DNA from: Mobula birostris
Lineage: Eukaryota
DNA: 64,000 bases
NCBI RefSeq assembly: GCF_030028105.1
Contig: NC_092382.1
Location: forward strand, 6,090,215-6,154,214
Direction of reading: 5' to 3'
Shown: positions 51,601-64,000 of the stretch, in pieces
How positions within the stretch are numbered: the stretch's first letter is position 1
Layout of the letters: each line of letters opens with the position of its first letter
The notes under the pieces: generated by a model
What the model saw: only the letters and a program-made list of their open reading frames with translations
Database searches by the model: none
Told to the model about the DNA's origin: nothing
Translations under genes and position numbers: made by a program

Positions 51601-51748
51601 ATCTCTTCCCACAGACTGAGCAGGCGAACGGCTTCTCCCCAGTGTGAACTCGCTGATGTGCCAGTAGGTTGGATGACTGAGTGAATCTCTTCCCACAGAC
51701 TGAGCAGGTGAATGGCTTCTCCCCGGTGTGAACTCGCTGGTGAGCCAT
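48683..51748 (-). CDS. C2H2 zinc-finger protein ZNF-C, 1021 aa, 36 repeats (33 with intact C2H2)
   Basis: 13 + 36x28 aa; acceptor at 52156/52155; stop codon lies inside the first bases of the LTR. Confidence 0.93.
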   Translation of the reverse strand: MAHQRVHTGEKPFTCSVCGKRFTQSSNLLAHQRVHTGEKPFACSVCGKRFTNSSTLQRHQRVHTGEKPMTCSVCGKRFADQSTLQKHQRVHTGEKPFTCSECGKRFTESSSVQRHQRVHTGEKPFTCSVCGKRFTESSNLQSHQRVHTGEKPFTCSVCGKRFTNSSTLQSHQRVHTGEKPFTCSVCGKRFTDKSTLQKHQRVHTGEKPFTCSECGKRFTESSSLQRHQRVHTGEKPFTCSVCGKRFTNSSSLQNHQRIHTGEKPFTCSECGKRFTQSSNLQSHQRVHTGEKPFTCSVCRKGFTNSSSLQIHQRVHTGEKPFTCSECGKRFTQSSSLQSHQRVHTGEKPFTCLECGKGFSQSSKLLAHQSVHSGEWPFTCSDCGKGFTCSSKLMAHQRVHTGEMLFTCSVSEKRFTESSNPVAHQRGHTGEKPFTCSVCGKRFTQSSNLQIHQRVHTGEKPFTSSECEKGFTQSSNLLAHQRVHTGEKLCTCSVCGKRFADQSSLQRHQRVHTGEKPFTCSVCGKRFTESSNLHSHQRVHTGEKPFTCSVCGKRFTNSSTLQRHQRVHTGEKPFTCSVCGKRFADQSTLQKHQRVHTGEKPFTCSVCGKRFADQSSLQRHQRVHTGEKPFTCSVCGKRFTRLSNLQSHQRVHTGEKPFTCSECGKGFTQLSSLQSHQRVHTGEKPFTCSVCGKRFTNSSSRQNHQRVHTGEKPFTCSECGKRFTQSSSLQSHQRVHTGEKPFTCLECGKGFSQSSRLLAHQSVHSGEWPFTCSDCGKGFTCSSELMAHQRVHTGEMLFTCSVSEKRFTESSNLVAHQQGHTGEKPFTCSVCGKRFTQSSTLQNHQRVHTGERPFTCSVCGKRFTHSSTLQNHQRVHTGEKPFTCLACGKRFTQSSTLQKHQRVHTGERPFTCSVCGKRFTHSSTLQNHQRVHTGEKPFTCLACGKRFTQSSTLQKHQRVHTGEKPFTCSVCGKRFTQSSNLHSHQRVHTGEKPFTCSECGKGFTQPSLLLAHQSVHNGERPL

Positions 51749-52649
51749 TAGGTCAGATGACCGAGTGAATCCTTCCCCACAAGTTCAGCAGATGACCAGC
51801 CTCTGCCCATTGTGAATTGCCTGGTGTGTCCACAGGTGGGATAACCGACTGAATCCCTTCTCACACACAGATCAGATGAATGGCCTTGTCCAGTGTGAAC
51901 TTGCTGATGTACCTTCAATTGAGATAACCAAGTGAATCCACTCCCACTGTCTGAGCAGGTGAACGGCCTTTCCCCTGTGCAAAATGACGGGCATGCTAGT
52001 CAGTCAGATGACCAAGTGAATCCCTCCCCACAGTCTGAGCTGGAAGGATGGTTGATTGAAATCCTTGCTCCACTTTTCAAACATCTGGACAGAGACAGCA
52101 AAACTGGCGTACCGGGTTTGAGATCCTAGGAGCTAAATTCCATCTCGTTTTTAACCTGTAAAAAGATTTACAAAATCCATCATTGGGTTAGGACCAAATT
52201 TCAGATGAGATTACTTGAGTTCTCAAGGTTTGATCTGGTTGCAATGAGGTTCAACCCAAGTTGGAGAGAGAAATCATCTTCTGACTGGGCACAGTGCTGG
52301 TATCTGGAATGGCCATCAATTCCTTGATGCTCTTCCTGTCTCTATAAGAATGGGGCATTTCTGCCATCTCCAATCTGTGACCTGGCTCAGTTTGCCTCTC
52401 TCCATTTGTATTATTCCCTGTTCCTGCTGAGCAGCATGGGTGCCTGGGCCCACAGTCACTGAAACAGTATCAGGCAAATTGTCTTTCTTGTCATGCATCT
52501 GGGATTTTCTTTTATGCATTATTAACTTTAAAGTGCCACAGATTTAACACCATATACAAAATTCCTGCTGAGATGAATGGTTGGTCTGCACAACTGTTAA
52601 AAGAACTTAGAGGGAATTTTTGTATTATTTCAGGTTCTTGTCACAGTCA

Positions 52650-55600
52650 TCGAAAATTACAATACAGAAACAGGCCCTTTGGGCCATCTGGTTTGTGCTG
52701 AACTATTTAATCTGCCCACTCCCATACCCCTACCATCCAGGTACCAAACAAACCTCTTAAATGTTGAAATTGAGCTCGCATGCACCACTTGTGCTGGCTG
52801 CTCATTCCACACCCGGATGACCATCTGTGTGAAGAAGTTTCCCCTCATGTTCTCCTTAACGTTTCACCTTTTACCCTTAACCCATGGCCTCTGATTGTCG
52901 TCCCACCCCATCTCAGTGGTAAAAGCCAGCTTGCATTTACCCTATCTATACCCCTCATAATAGTGGTATACCTCCATCAAATCTCCCCTCAATCTTTTAT
53001 GTTCCAAGGAATAAAGTCCGGACTTGTTCAATCTTTCCTAATAACCGAAGTCCTCCAGACCTGGCAACATCCTTGTGAATTTTCTCTGAACTCTTTCAAC
53101 CTCTTTTACAACCTTCATGTAGGTAGGTGACCAAAACTGCACACAATACTCCAAATTAGACCTCACCAATGTCTTCCACAAGTCAATATAATGTCTATCT
53201 ATTGTTGTCAGTACTTTGGTTCATGAAGGACAATGGGCCAAAATCCTTCTTTCCATCACATCTATGACACCATTTTCAATAGACAATAGGTGCAGGAGTA
53301 GGCCATTTGGCCCTTCGAGCTGGTACTGCCATTTACTGTGATCATGGCTGTTCATCCACAATCAGTACCCGGTTCCTGCCTTCTCCCCATATCCCTTGAC
53401 TCTGCTATCATTAAGAGATCTCTCCAACTCCTTCTTAAAAGCATTCAGAGAATTTTCCTCCACTGCCTTCTGAGGCAGAGCATTCCACAGATTCACAACT
53501 CTCTGGGTGAAAAAGTTTTTCCTCAACTCCATTCGAAATGACCTACCCCTTATTCTCAAATTGTGGCCTCTGGTTCTGGACTCCCCCAACATCAGTGAAT
53601 TGAGGACTTGTATTCCCACATCCCTTTCTTCTACAACACTCCTCAGTGCTCTACCAGTCACGGTGAAAGAACTCCCTTGGTAGGTCATACCAAAGTGCAA
53701 CACCTCACACTTGTCTGCATTAAATTCCATTTTCCATTTCTCAAACCATTTTCCCAGTTGGTCCAGATCGCACAGCAGCCATGATAGTCTTCCTCATTGT
53801 TCACTACACCACCAATCTTGCTGTCAGCTACAAATTTGCTGATCCAGTTAACCACACTATCATCCAAATTACTGATATAGATGACAAACAACAACAGATC
53901 CAGCACTGATCCCTGTGGCACACCACTAGTCACAGGCCTCCAGTCAGAGAGGCAACCATCTGCTACCACACAGCGGCTTCTCCCAAAGACAGTGTCTCAT
54001 CCAATTTACTATCTCATCTGGAATGCTGAGTGACTGAACCTTCTTGATCCACCTCTCATATTCCACCTCTGTAACCTGTACAGGGTCGAGGAATTTAATG
54101 CTGCTTTGCCTCTCTTCTATAGACTCTGCGTTCATCTCCTGAGCAAAAAATATCTCCCACATCTATTTTGTCTCCTCATATGGATTACCATTCTGATCTT
54201 GCAGAGGATTAATTTTTTCCCTTGCAATCTTTTCACACTCAACATATCTGCAGAATCCATGAGGATTCTCCTTGACCTTGTCTGCTGGGGCAACCTCATG
54301 CCTTCTTTGTCTTTCATAAGTGTTCACTTGAATTCCCTGTATTTCATAATTACCCATTTGTTCCGATCTGCCTGTACCTGGTATGCACCTCCTTTTTATT
54401 GATCTGGGAGATGAAAGCCAAAGGGGTGATAGAACTGCATGGTGTGGGGTGGGGTTGGGGGGGGGGGGTTTAAACTAAAGTTGCAGGGGGAATGGGAGCC
54501 TGAATAACAGAACAGATAGTGCAGGGTTTGCGGCAACATTTGTTGTTCAGACCTCAGACAAAGTCAGGAATGAAAGACGTTGAGCATGGTGCAGTGAATA
54601 TGCTGAGCCCTGTATATATCGATACAAGCAGTAGCATAGGAAAGGCAGATGTGTTCAGGGCATGGATCAACCCCCGGAATTATGACACTAGGATCTGGCA
54701 ACTGTGGCCTGGGACAGGCTGCTTTATGGCAAAGGTGTGCTTGGTAAATTGAGGCCTTCAAAGCGAAATTTTGAAAGTACAAAGCGGGTATGTGCTTCTC
54801 AGAATAAAAGGTGAGGATAGAAACTGTATGGAACCTTGGTTTTCAAGAGATATCGAGACCCTGGTGAAGCACAAAATGGAGTTGCAGAACAGGGATGGGC
54901 AGGTAGGTTCTTGTGGATTAGAAGAAATGCAAGAGAACACATAAGAAATAAATCAGGACGGCTAAATGAAGGCATGAGATTGCCCTCACAGAAAAGATGA
55001 AGGATAATCCTCAGGGATTCTGGAGATAGATTAAAAGCAAAAGGATTGCAAGGCACAAAGTTGGTCCTCTGGAAGACCGGAATGGCAATCCATGTGTGGA
55101 ACCAAAGCAAACGGGGGAGATCTTAAATATTCTTTTCATCCCTATTTACTCAGATGGACACAGTGTCAATGAGAGTGTGGAAAAGCGGCATTAAAATCAT
55201 GGACCCGCACAGATTAAAGAAGAGGGTGGATAAATCTCCGGGGCATGACAAGGTGCTCCCTCAGTCCCCATGGGAGGCAAGTGCAGAAATCGTCGGGCCC
55301 CAGCAGAGATAATTAATTCATCCTTAGTGAAGGGAGAGTTATCAGAGGATTGTAGGATAGCCAAAGTTATTTCGCTGTTCAACATAGAACATGGAAATCT
55401 ACAGCATATTCCAGGCCATTCAGCCCACAATGTTGTGCCAACCATGAAATTTACTCTAGAAACTGCCTAGAATTTCCCTAGCACATGGACCTCTATGTTT
55501 CTAAGCTCCATGTACCTATCTAAGAGGCTGTTAAAAGACCCTATTGTATCTGCCTCGACCACCACTGCTGGCAGTGCATTCCACACACCCACCACTCTCT

Positions 55601-56280
55601 GTGTAAAAAAACTTACCCCTGACATCCCCTTGGTACCTATTTCCAAGCGGCTTAAAACTACATCTCTCACGTTAGCTATTTCAGCCCTGGGAAAAGCCTC
55701 TGGCTATCCACACGATCAATGCCCCTCATCATCTTATCCAGCTAAAAAAGGCTTTGTTGGAAGTAAGCAAACATATGAGGGTATAGATAGGGTAAATGCA
55801 AGCAGCTTTTTCCACTGATGTTGAGTGGGACGACAACCAGAGGTCATGGGTAAGTGACTTCCCCATTTATACAGCACAATACAGGCCCTTCGGCCCACAA
55901 TGCTGTGCTGAACATTACTTACTTTAGAAATTCCCTAGAGTTCCCCATAGCCCTGTATTTTTCTAGGAGCCTCTTAAAAGACCATAATGTATCCGGCTTC
56001 ATCACAGTCGCCGGCAGCCCATTCCACGCACTCACCACTCTGTGTAAAAAACTTACCCCTTGTGGTGATGTCACGTGTCAGGACGTGACTGGACAGAGTT
56101 CCCAGCATGAGCAGAAATGAAGAATGATCGAGAAGCATGACAGTGTAAGACATGGTTTTGCTGCTGTTAAATACAAGTTCAGTTCTGCAGAATATGGTTT
56201 GTTATTAGTAACCCACGGTACGTATAAAGAACACAACACCCCTGACATCTCCTTCGTACCTGCTTCCAAGCACCTTAAAA
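52650..56280. mobile_element. Nested, degraded CR1 fragments in the ZNF-C intron
   Basis: GVPQGSVL, KFVAD and FFTQRVV motifs in both orientations; a younger 3' piece is nested at ~53280-53595. Confidence 0.75.
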
Positions 56281-56289
56281 CTGTGTCCT

Positions 56290-56770
56290 CTCTGCAGATT
56301 TTCTCTTTTTAGTGATTGGAGGCAGAACAAAGGTGATTTTCACAACAGCTGATGTAAAAGATTTTGTTCCCTTTCTCCGAGTTCCCGATCCTTGCATTTA
56401 GACAGCTGGAGCTCAGCTCTGTCTGAGAGACCCATCGGTTCCCATTCCCTCATCAGCCGGAAGCTCCCCGGGGCCCGTGTACGGATGGTGGGGCTGAGAG
56501 AGAGGGAAGAGAGCAGGACTGTCCCGGAAGTCACAACAATTATCCCTCAGTCGGTGTTGAATCCCCTCCCCAACAATCTCCCTGACACCCGGAGACTCGC
56601 TCCTACCTGCTGCAGGTCTTCTCAGGCCCACCGTGTACTGTGCGCATGCGTGATATTCGGCAACGTCAGCACCCTCACGCCTGCGCATTCGATCGGTGCT
56701 TCGGCGACGGCGAAGGCGAAATGATTAACGCAGGAATTTATGGGTAATCCCGGCGCCATTAAAAGTTCCT
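56290..56770 (-). promoter_or_regulatory. Putative promoter and 5' exons of ZNF-C
   Basis: 56290-56560 matches the exon-2 part of the promoter block. Upstream sequence is different and CpG-rich: donor CAG|GTAGGA at 56606, TGCGCATGCG (NRF1-like) at 56641, CGCCATT (YY1-like) at 56754. Confidence 0.6.
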
Positions 56771-57735
56771 GCAAGCACAGGTTCCATGTCCATACCTAAT
56801 TTTCTTTTGTGTGTATGGAAAAGTCAGCAACTGTTCTAACGCAGAAAGCGGCTCCCATAAACAATATACTCAATATCAACGTGTATCTAATGCCAAAGTA
56901 CAACCCTCTTACAATATAGATATAAAATACAAGAGATTCTGCAGTTGCTGGAAATACAGAGACGCACTCACACCCAAGATGCTGGAGGAACTTTGCAGTT
57001 CAGGCAGCAACTAAGCAGAGGAGTACACAGCGTCGGCATGCTGAAGGGGCTCGGCAGAAACGTTGTCTATTTATTCCTCTCCACATTCGTTGCCTGATCT
57101 ACTGATTTATTCCAGTATTTTGCAGAAATTAACCAACTTTTTTTTTCAATCAATAAGTTTCCAAATATTTCTGATCTTTCATTTGTAGGCACATCCTGCT
57201 GGTCAGATTCCTCCTCCTCCCCATAAACTCTAGACCCCACCTCTCTCTGGAGCCTCAAAGCCCTGACTCAGGCCGGCATCTCATTGGTTTCTGAATCTGC
57301 TCCATTGAAGATTCATTTGCTAGTCTGCTGTCAGACTTCAGAGGCGCATTGCAACAACCCAGCTGTCTGAGGCACAGTCCTTTGAAATTAGTGAAAGTGA
57401 CCAAAAACATTGAAAAGAGCAGCGAAGACGGAGTTTAGCTAAATTATTTCACAGCACTGAAGAACTTCAAATACACAGGGAGCTCATCGTCTTATTCAGC
57501 CTGGAGAAAATCATGCAGGGAATTCATGCAGGTGTATAAGATGATGAGAGATATTGGTCGTGTGGATAGCCAGAGGCTTTTTCCCAGGGCTGAAATGCCT
57601 AACACGAGGGGCATAGTTTTAAGGTGCTTGGAAGCAGGCACACAGGAGATGTCAAAGAGTGGTGGGTGTGTGGAATGCACAGCCAGACACATTGGTAGAC
57701 GTGGATACAATAGGGTCTTTTAAGACACTCTTAGA

Positions 57736-59229
57736 CAATCGACAATAGGTGCAGGAGTAGGCCATTCAGCCCTTTGAGTCAGAGCCACCATTCACTGTGA
57801 TCATGGCTGATCATCCACAATCAGTATCCAGTTCCTGCCTTCTCACCATAACCTTTGATTCCACTATCTTTAAGAACTCTATCCATCTCTTTCTTGAGAG
57901 CATCCAGAGACTTGGCCTCCACAGCCTTCTGGGGCAGAGCATTCCATATATCCACCACTCTCTGGGTAAAAATGTTTTTCCTCAACTCCGTTCTAAATGG
58001 CCTACCCCTTATTCTTAAACTGTGGCCTCTGGTTCTGGACTCACCCATCAGCGGGAACATGCTTCCTGCCTCCAGCGTGTCCAATCCCTTAATAATCTTA
58101 TGTTTCAATAAGATCCCCTCTCATCCCTTTAAATTCCAGAGTATACAAGCCCAATCGCTCCAATCTTTCAACATATGACAGTCCTGCCATCCCGGGAATT
58201 AATCTTGTGAACCTACGCTGCACTCCCTCAATAGCATGAATGTCCTTCCTCAAATTTGGAGACCAAAATTGCACACAGTACTCCAGGTGTGGTCTCACCA
58301 GGGCCCTGTACAACTGCAGAAGGACCTCTTTGCTCTTATACTCAATTCCTCTTGTTATGAAGGCCAGCATGCCATTAGCTTGCTTCACTGCCTGCTGTAC
58401 CTGCATGCTTGCTTTCAGTGACTGATGTACAAGAACACCTAGATCTTGTACTTCCCCTTTTCCTAACTTGACGCCATTTAGATAGTAATCTGCCTTCCTG
58501 TTCTTTCCACCAAAGTGGATAACCTCACATTTATTCACATTAAACTGCACCCGCCATGCATCCGCCCACTCACCCAACCTGTCCAAGTCACCCTGCATTC
58601 TCATAACGTCCTGCTCACATTTCAGACTGCCACCCAGCTTTGTGTCATCAGAAAACTTGGTGATGTTACTTTTAATCCCTTCATCCAAATCATTAATATA
58701 TATTGTAAACAGCTGTGGTCCCAGCACTGAACCGTGCGGTACCCCACTGGTCATCGCCTGCCATTCTGCCATTAATCCCTACTGTTTGTTTCTTGTCTAC
58801 CAAACAATTTTCTATCCATGTCAGTACCCTACCCTCAATACCATTTGCTCTAATTTTGCACACTAACCTCCTATGTGGGACTTTATCAAAGGCTTTCTGA
58901 AAGTCCAGGTACACTACATCCACTGGCTTTCCCATATCCATTTTCATAGTTATGTTCTCAAAAAATTCCAGAAGATTAGTCAAGCATGATTTCCCCATCG
59001 TAAATCCATGCTGACTGGGACCTATCCTGCCGCTGCTATCCAAATGTGCTGCTATTACATCTTTTATACTTGATTCCAGCATCTTCCCCACCACTGTTGT
59101 CAGACTAACTGGTCTATAATTGCCTGTTTTCTCTCTCCCTCCTTTCTTCAAAAGTGGGATAACATTAGCTACCCTCCAATCCACAGGAACTGATCCTGAA
59201 TCTATAGACATTGGAAAATGATTACCAAT
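57736..59229 (-). mobile_element. CR1 LINE RT fragment inserted into an opposite-strand CR1 3' end (57500-57735 and 59230-59365)
   Basis: NYRPVSLT, YLDFQKAFDKV, KFSDD, RPHLEYCVQFWSP; tagaca at both junctions. Confidence 0.9.
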
Positions 59230-59364
59230 AGACAGGTATATGGAGCTTAGGAAAATAGAGGGCAATGCGGTCGGGAAATTCCAGGCAGTTTCTGGAGCAG
59301 GTTACATGATTGGCACAACATTGTGAGCCGAGGGGCCTGTAATCTGCTCTAGATTTCTGATTCT

Positions 59365-59650
59365 ATGAAGTTCAAGGGAAATCTCTTCTCCTGCAGAGTA
59401 GTGACGAGTTGCAACCTGTCATCATGGGGAGAGTGAGAGGTGAAGTGAACAACAGGGCTAGACTGTAAAATACTGATATGGAACAGAAACATGGGCAGGG
59501 AGCAGACGGATTGAGTGGCCTCTCTAGTGTACAGAGTGAGTGTGGTAGAGACAGTAAGTATCTGTGACATGAGATTTGAAACAGAACTGATTTATCTTTG
59601 ACAGATCCACAATATTAAACACCAGTCTAGTTTAAGGCTAACATCAGAAG
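59365..59650 (-). pseudogene. Orphan remnant of a ZNF gene 3' end
   Basis: Reverse complement aligns by eye with 20505-20785 (3' UTR and poly(A) region of ZNF-A). Confidence 0.65.
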
Positions 59651-59654
59651 AACG

Positions 59655-60805
59655 TTGGATTTGATAAGGTACACCATGCAAGGCTTATTGAGAAAGTAAG
59701 GAGGCCTGGGATCCAAGGGGAGATTGCTTTGTGGATCAAGAGCTGGCTTGCCCACAGAAGGCAAAGAGTGGTTGTAGACAGGTCATATTCTGCATGGAGG
59801 TCGGTGACCAGTGGTGTGCCTCAAGGATCTGTTCTGGGACCCCTACTCTTCGTGATTTTTATAAGTGATCTGGATGAGGAAGTGGACAGATGGGTTAGTA
59901 AATTTGCTGATGACACAAAGGTTGGAGGTGTTGTGGATAGTGTGGAGGGCTGTCAGAGGTTACAGCAGACATTGATAGGATGCAAAACTGGGCTGAGAAG
60001 TAGAAGATGGAATTCAACACAGACAAATGTGAGGTGGTTCACTTTGGTAGGTCAAATATGATGGCAGAATATAGTATTAATGGTAAGACTCTTGGCAGTG
60101 TGGAGGATCAGAGGCATCTTGTGGTCCGAGTCCATAAGTCACTCAAAGCTGCTACACAGGTTGACTCTGTGGTTAAGAAGGCGTACGGTGCATTGGCCTT
60201 AATCAACCCTCGGATTGAGTTTAGGAGCTGAGAGGTAGTGTTACAGCTAAATAGGACCCTGGTCAACCCCACTTGGAGTACGGTGCTCAGTTCTGTTCGC
60301 ATCACTACAGGAAGGACGTGGAAACCATAGAAAGAGTGCAGAAGAGATTTACAAGGATGTTGCCTGGATTGGGGAGCATGCCTTATGAGAATAGGTTGAG
60401 TGAACATGGCCTTTTCTCCTTGGGGTGACGGAGGATGAGCGGTGACCTGATAGAGGTGTATAAGATGATGAGAGGCATTGATCTTGTGGATAGTCAGAGG
60501 CTTTTTCCCAGGGCTGAAATATTTGCCACAAGAGGACACAGGTTTAAGGTACTGGGGTGTAGGTACAGAGCAGATGTCTGGGCAAGTTTTTTTACGCAGA
60601 GAGTGATGAGTGTGTGGAATGGGCTTCCAGTGACGGTGGTGGAGGTGGATATGATAGGGTCTTTCAAGAGACTCCTGGACATGGAAGTTAGAAAAATAGG
60701 GGGCTATGGGTAACCCTAGGTAATTTCTGAGGTAAGGATATATTCAGCACAGCATTGTGGCTGAGGGGCCTATGTTCTGCTGTAGTTTTTCTATGTTTCT
60801 AATTT
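59655..60805 (+). mobile_element. CR1 LINE 3' fragment
   Basis: GVPQGSVLGP, KFADD, FFTQRV motifs; (tttctatg) tail. Confidence 0.9.
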
Positions 60806-63800
60806 CTATTCACATTCCTCCTGCCTCACTGGACAGGAACACTGAAACACCAAGTGAGAAACAGCAGGAGGTGGCCATTCAGCCCCTCTAACCATCAACA
60901 GAATGGTGGCAGCTCTCTCATCTCAGCCACATGTTTCTGCCCGATCCTCATTTCATCGATCCCTCCGGTCTCCACACATCTGCTGGCCTCTGTTTTATGT
61001 GAGGACGATCACTGAGTCTTCATCGGCCTCTGTGGTGGGGATTTACAGACATTCACGACCCTCGGAGTGGAGACATTTCCCCTCATCTCAGTCCCGGACA
61101 GTCTACCCCCTTTTTCAGAGACTGGGATCCCTGATTCAACCGGTAATGATGTTGTGCATTTCAATGTGTTCACCTCTCAGTCCTCGATTCTCTAAATGAA
61201 AGGGTTATCACATTTGATCTTTCTTCATGCGATGACCCCACCACTCCAGGGATCAGTCTGGTGAATCTTCATTGCACTCTCTATAACAAATACTCTCTAA
61301 TCTCTTTGTTAATCCTCTATGGAATTAATTTCCATCTTCTGCAGCCCCGTGTTGCCCCAACCACTCACCTCCCACCCCGTCACTATTTCCACCTTCCCAC
61401 CTCCCCCTCACCTGGATCCACCTCTCACTCCCCAGCTCTTGCCCCATCCCCACCCCTCACCTCTTTTCTCGGACTATTTCCCGTCCACTCTCAGTCCAGA
61501 GGGAGGGTCTCGGCCCGAAATGTTGACGGTCCATTTCCCTCCACAGATGCTGCCCGACCCACTGAGTTCCTCCGGCAGTTTGTTCTTTGGTCTGTGTGAC
61601 CCGTGTTAGTGTGGGGAGCGGGATTTTACACCATATTCCCGGTACAGTCTCAACAAAACACAAATAATTGTCACTTTGCCCGGACCATTGGCCCCGCTCG
61701 CAGGGCAACAGTCTGCCGGTGTTTGCCCCCCAATGTGGTGAATCGCCACCACCGTGGGCTCAGACATTTCCACAGATGAGCCCCTCCTGTCCCCACCGGG
61801 ACAAACATCCTGTCCGCCCCCTCTCTCCCCGTCTTCATCCTCTCCCTCCCCGGGGAACCGGCATCAAACCGACGGGCCGAGCGGTCTCCTCCTACCTCTC
61901 AGCGACACATCAGACTCCGGCCGCAGGAGACGCTTCACAAACGCCCCAACTTCCCTCGGAGGGAAATGGAAATAAATCAGAAAGCGGACATTTACTTTGA
62001 CGGTTGTCCCGCCGTGACGGAAAGTTCGGGAGACGGTGTCAGCGGGGGTAACGCCCTCTCGGTTGGTCCACCTCCGCTATTGGCTGGAAGCAATGATTGA
62101 CATCACTTCGGACCAATGGGAACAGCGCATCGCGTGACTCCTCTGTTGACAGCGGTGGGGGAGGGGCTGGTCACGTGATCAGTAGCCCGGCCGTTAAACC
62201 GACCAAGCTCGAGCTCACCAGCGCGCGGGGCACAAAAGGCCCCGGATGATCGGTTGAGGTGAGAAGGGATCTCCGGGTTGGGGGTCTCACCGGGCGGCGT
62301 TTTCAACACCGACTTCGGGTAGTTGCTGTGACTCCGGACTCCGTGACCCGCAATCCCGGGACAGTCCTGCTCTCTTCCCTCTCTCTCAGCCCCACCATCC
62401 GTACACGGGCCCCGGGGAGCTTCCGGCTGATGAGGGAATGGGAACCGATGGGTCTCTCAGACAGAGCTGAGCTCCAGCTGTCTAAATGCAAGGATCGGGA
62501 ACTCGGAGAAAGGGAACAAAATCTTTTACATCAGCTGTTGTGAAAATCACCTTTGTTCTGCCTCCAGTCACAAACAAGAGAAAATCTGCAGATGCTGGAA
62601 ATCCGAGCAACACACACAAATTGCTGGAGGAACTCAGCATTAGTACTCTTTTCCATAGATGCTGCCTGGCCTGCTGAGTTCCTCCAGCATTTTGTGTCTG
62701 TTGCTGGTTCTACCTCCTCTTGTTCTGGACTTTTCTACCCGTGAGAACATGTTTTGTCCCACTCTCTCTGGGTACATAATGATATCAAACACCTTTGCCC
62801 TGGGCAACAAGTAGCTTTCACATCACAAATGTGCCAGACTCCAATGAGACAGACTACTGCCCTTCCCTTCATATTCATTGGCATTGCCATCACTGAGTTC
62901 ACCACCGTCAGTCACCTGGGGGAGGGTTCAGGGGAAATATTTATGTACAATACAGAAACTGGTGTTACCTGTGTGTATTGTGGTGATGCAAAAGTTGCTG
63001 GAGAATTTACAAGTGGGAAGAAGTGGAGTGATATTTGGAAATCTGACTTTTTTAAGCGTCATTTAGCAAGCAAACCACGTTTCCTGTTACAGGCCTGCAA
63101 CATAGGTTGTGTGAGAGTGCAGGTGAACTCCATCAAACCCAGAGGAGATCAAAGTTCTTACTGACAGTGATATGCCAGCTGTTAAAATAAATACCTCTCT
63201 ATATAAAATTCACTGTGCACATGTTGTCACTGGGTAAAAAGAAATGTACAGTACAAGATTTATGTGCACACTGGTCATTACAAATTAGAGAGGACATTGG
63301 TGAGAAGGTGGGGAGACCCCCAGTGTCTCTGATGCTCTCACCGACAAGATGTACATCCAGCTGCAGCTTGTAACCCTGCACTTTACGGAGTTGGAACTTG
63401 AAATGGGTGAATTCTGGATCATCCAGGAGTTGGAGGGGGTGATAGATATGACATGAAGAGAGGTGAGGTACACCCGAGTGCGGGACACAGGAAACTGGGT
63501 GAGAGTCAGGAAGGGGAATGAGGTGAAATCGCTATCGCAGAGTAATCTTGTGTCCATCCCACACAACAACAGGTGGATCCACTTTAGAAACTGTTGGGGG
63601 GATTACCTGGCAGAGGAAAGTCAAAGGGGTGATAGGGGATTCGTTAATGAGGGGAACAGAACAAGAGGGGACTAAGCTTGCTAGTGCTAGTGCGGGGAGA
63701 GAGGGTGATGTGGTTAAAATAAGTTGTAGGGGGAATGGGAGCTAGAATGACAGAACAGATAGTGGAGAGGGTGAATTGAATTGAATTGACTTTATTACAT

Positions 63801-64000
63801 GCATCCTTCATATACATGAAGAGTAGAAATCTTTATGTTATGTCTCTAAGTGTGCAATTTGTAATTTACAGTAATTTATAATAAATAGTTTGTACATAGG
63901 ACAGTCAATATAACATAGAAATGCAGTTGTATCAGCATGAATTAATCAGTCTGATGGCCTGGTGGAAGATGATGTCCCAGAGCCTGTTGGTCCTTTTGCT
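60805..64000 (+). repeat. Promoter block copy 3; 5' end of a probable fourth ZNF gene continuing beyond the window
   Basis: Inverted duplicate of 37252-40470; ATTGG 62079, CCAAT 62113, GGTCACGTGA ~62169. Confidence 0.9.

Overview
Repeat-rich vertebrate DNA, inferred to be a cartilaginous fish (ray/shark) from the mix of CR1, Rex1/Babar and Penelope-like repeats and KRAB-less C2H2 genes. The window is part of a tandem and inverted cluster of C2H2 zinc-finger genes: ZNF-A (+, 10 intact fingers), ZNF-B (-, 16 fingers before an in-frame stop) and ZNF-C (-, 36 repeats, 1021 aa). It also holds the promoter of a fourth gene running off the right end, a probable divergent gene running off the left end, and an orphan ZNF 3' end. 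ZNF-B and ZNF-C both end exactly at the 5' LTR of a Gmr1-like Gypsy element (PR-IN-RT order, SCAN-like capsid). That LTR supplies an in-frame stop codon and a candidate poly(A) signal, which places the known source of the SCAN domain inside a ZNF cluster. A CpG-rich, apparently bidirectional CCAAT/E-box promoter block occurs three times almost identically. The rest is nested LINE fragments, a Harbinger-type MITE, hAT transposase relics, Penelope relics with decayed hammerhead motifs, an LTR-like element and minisatellites. Similarities were judged by eye and most repeat boundaries are approximate.
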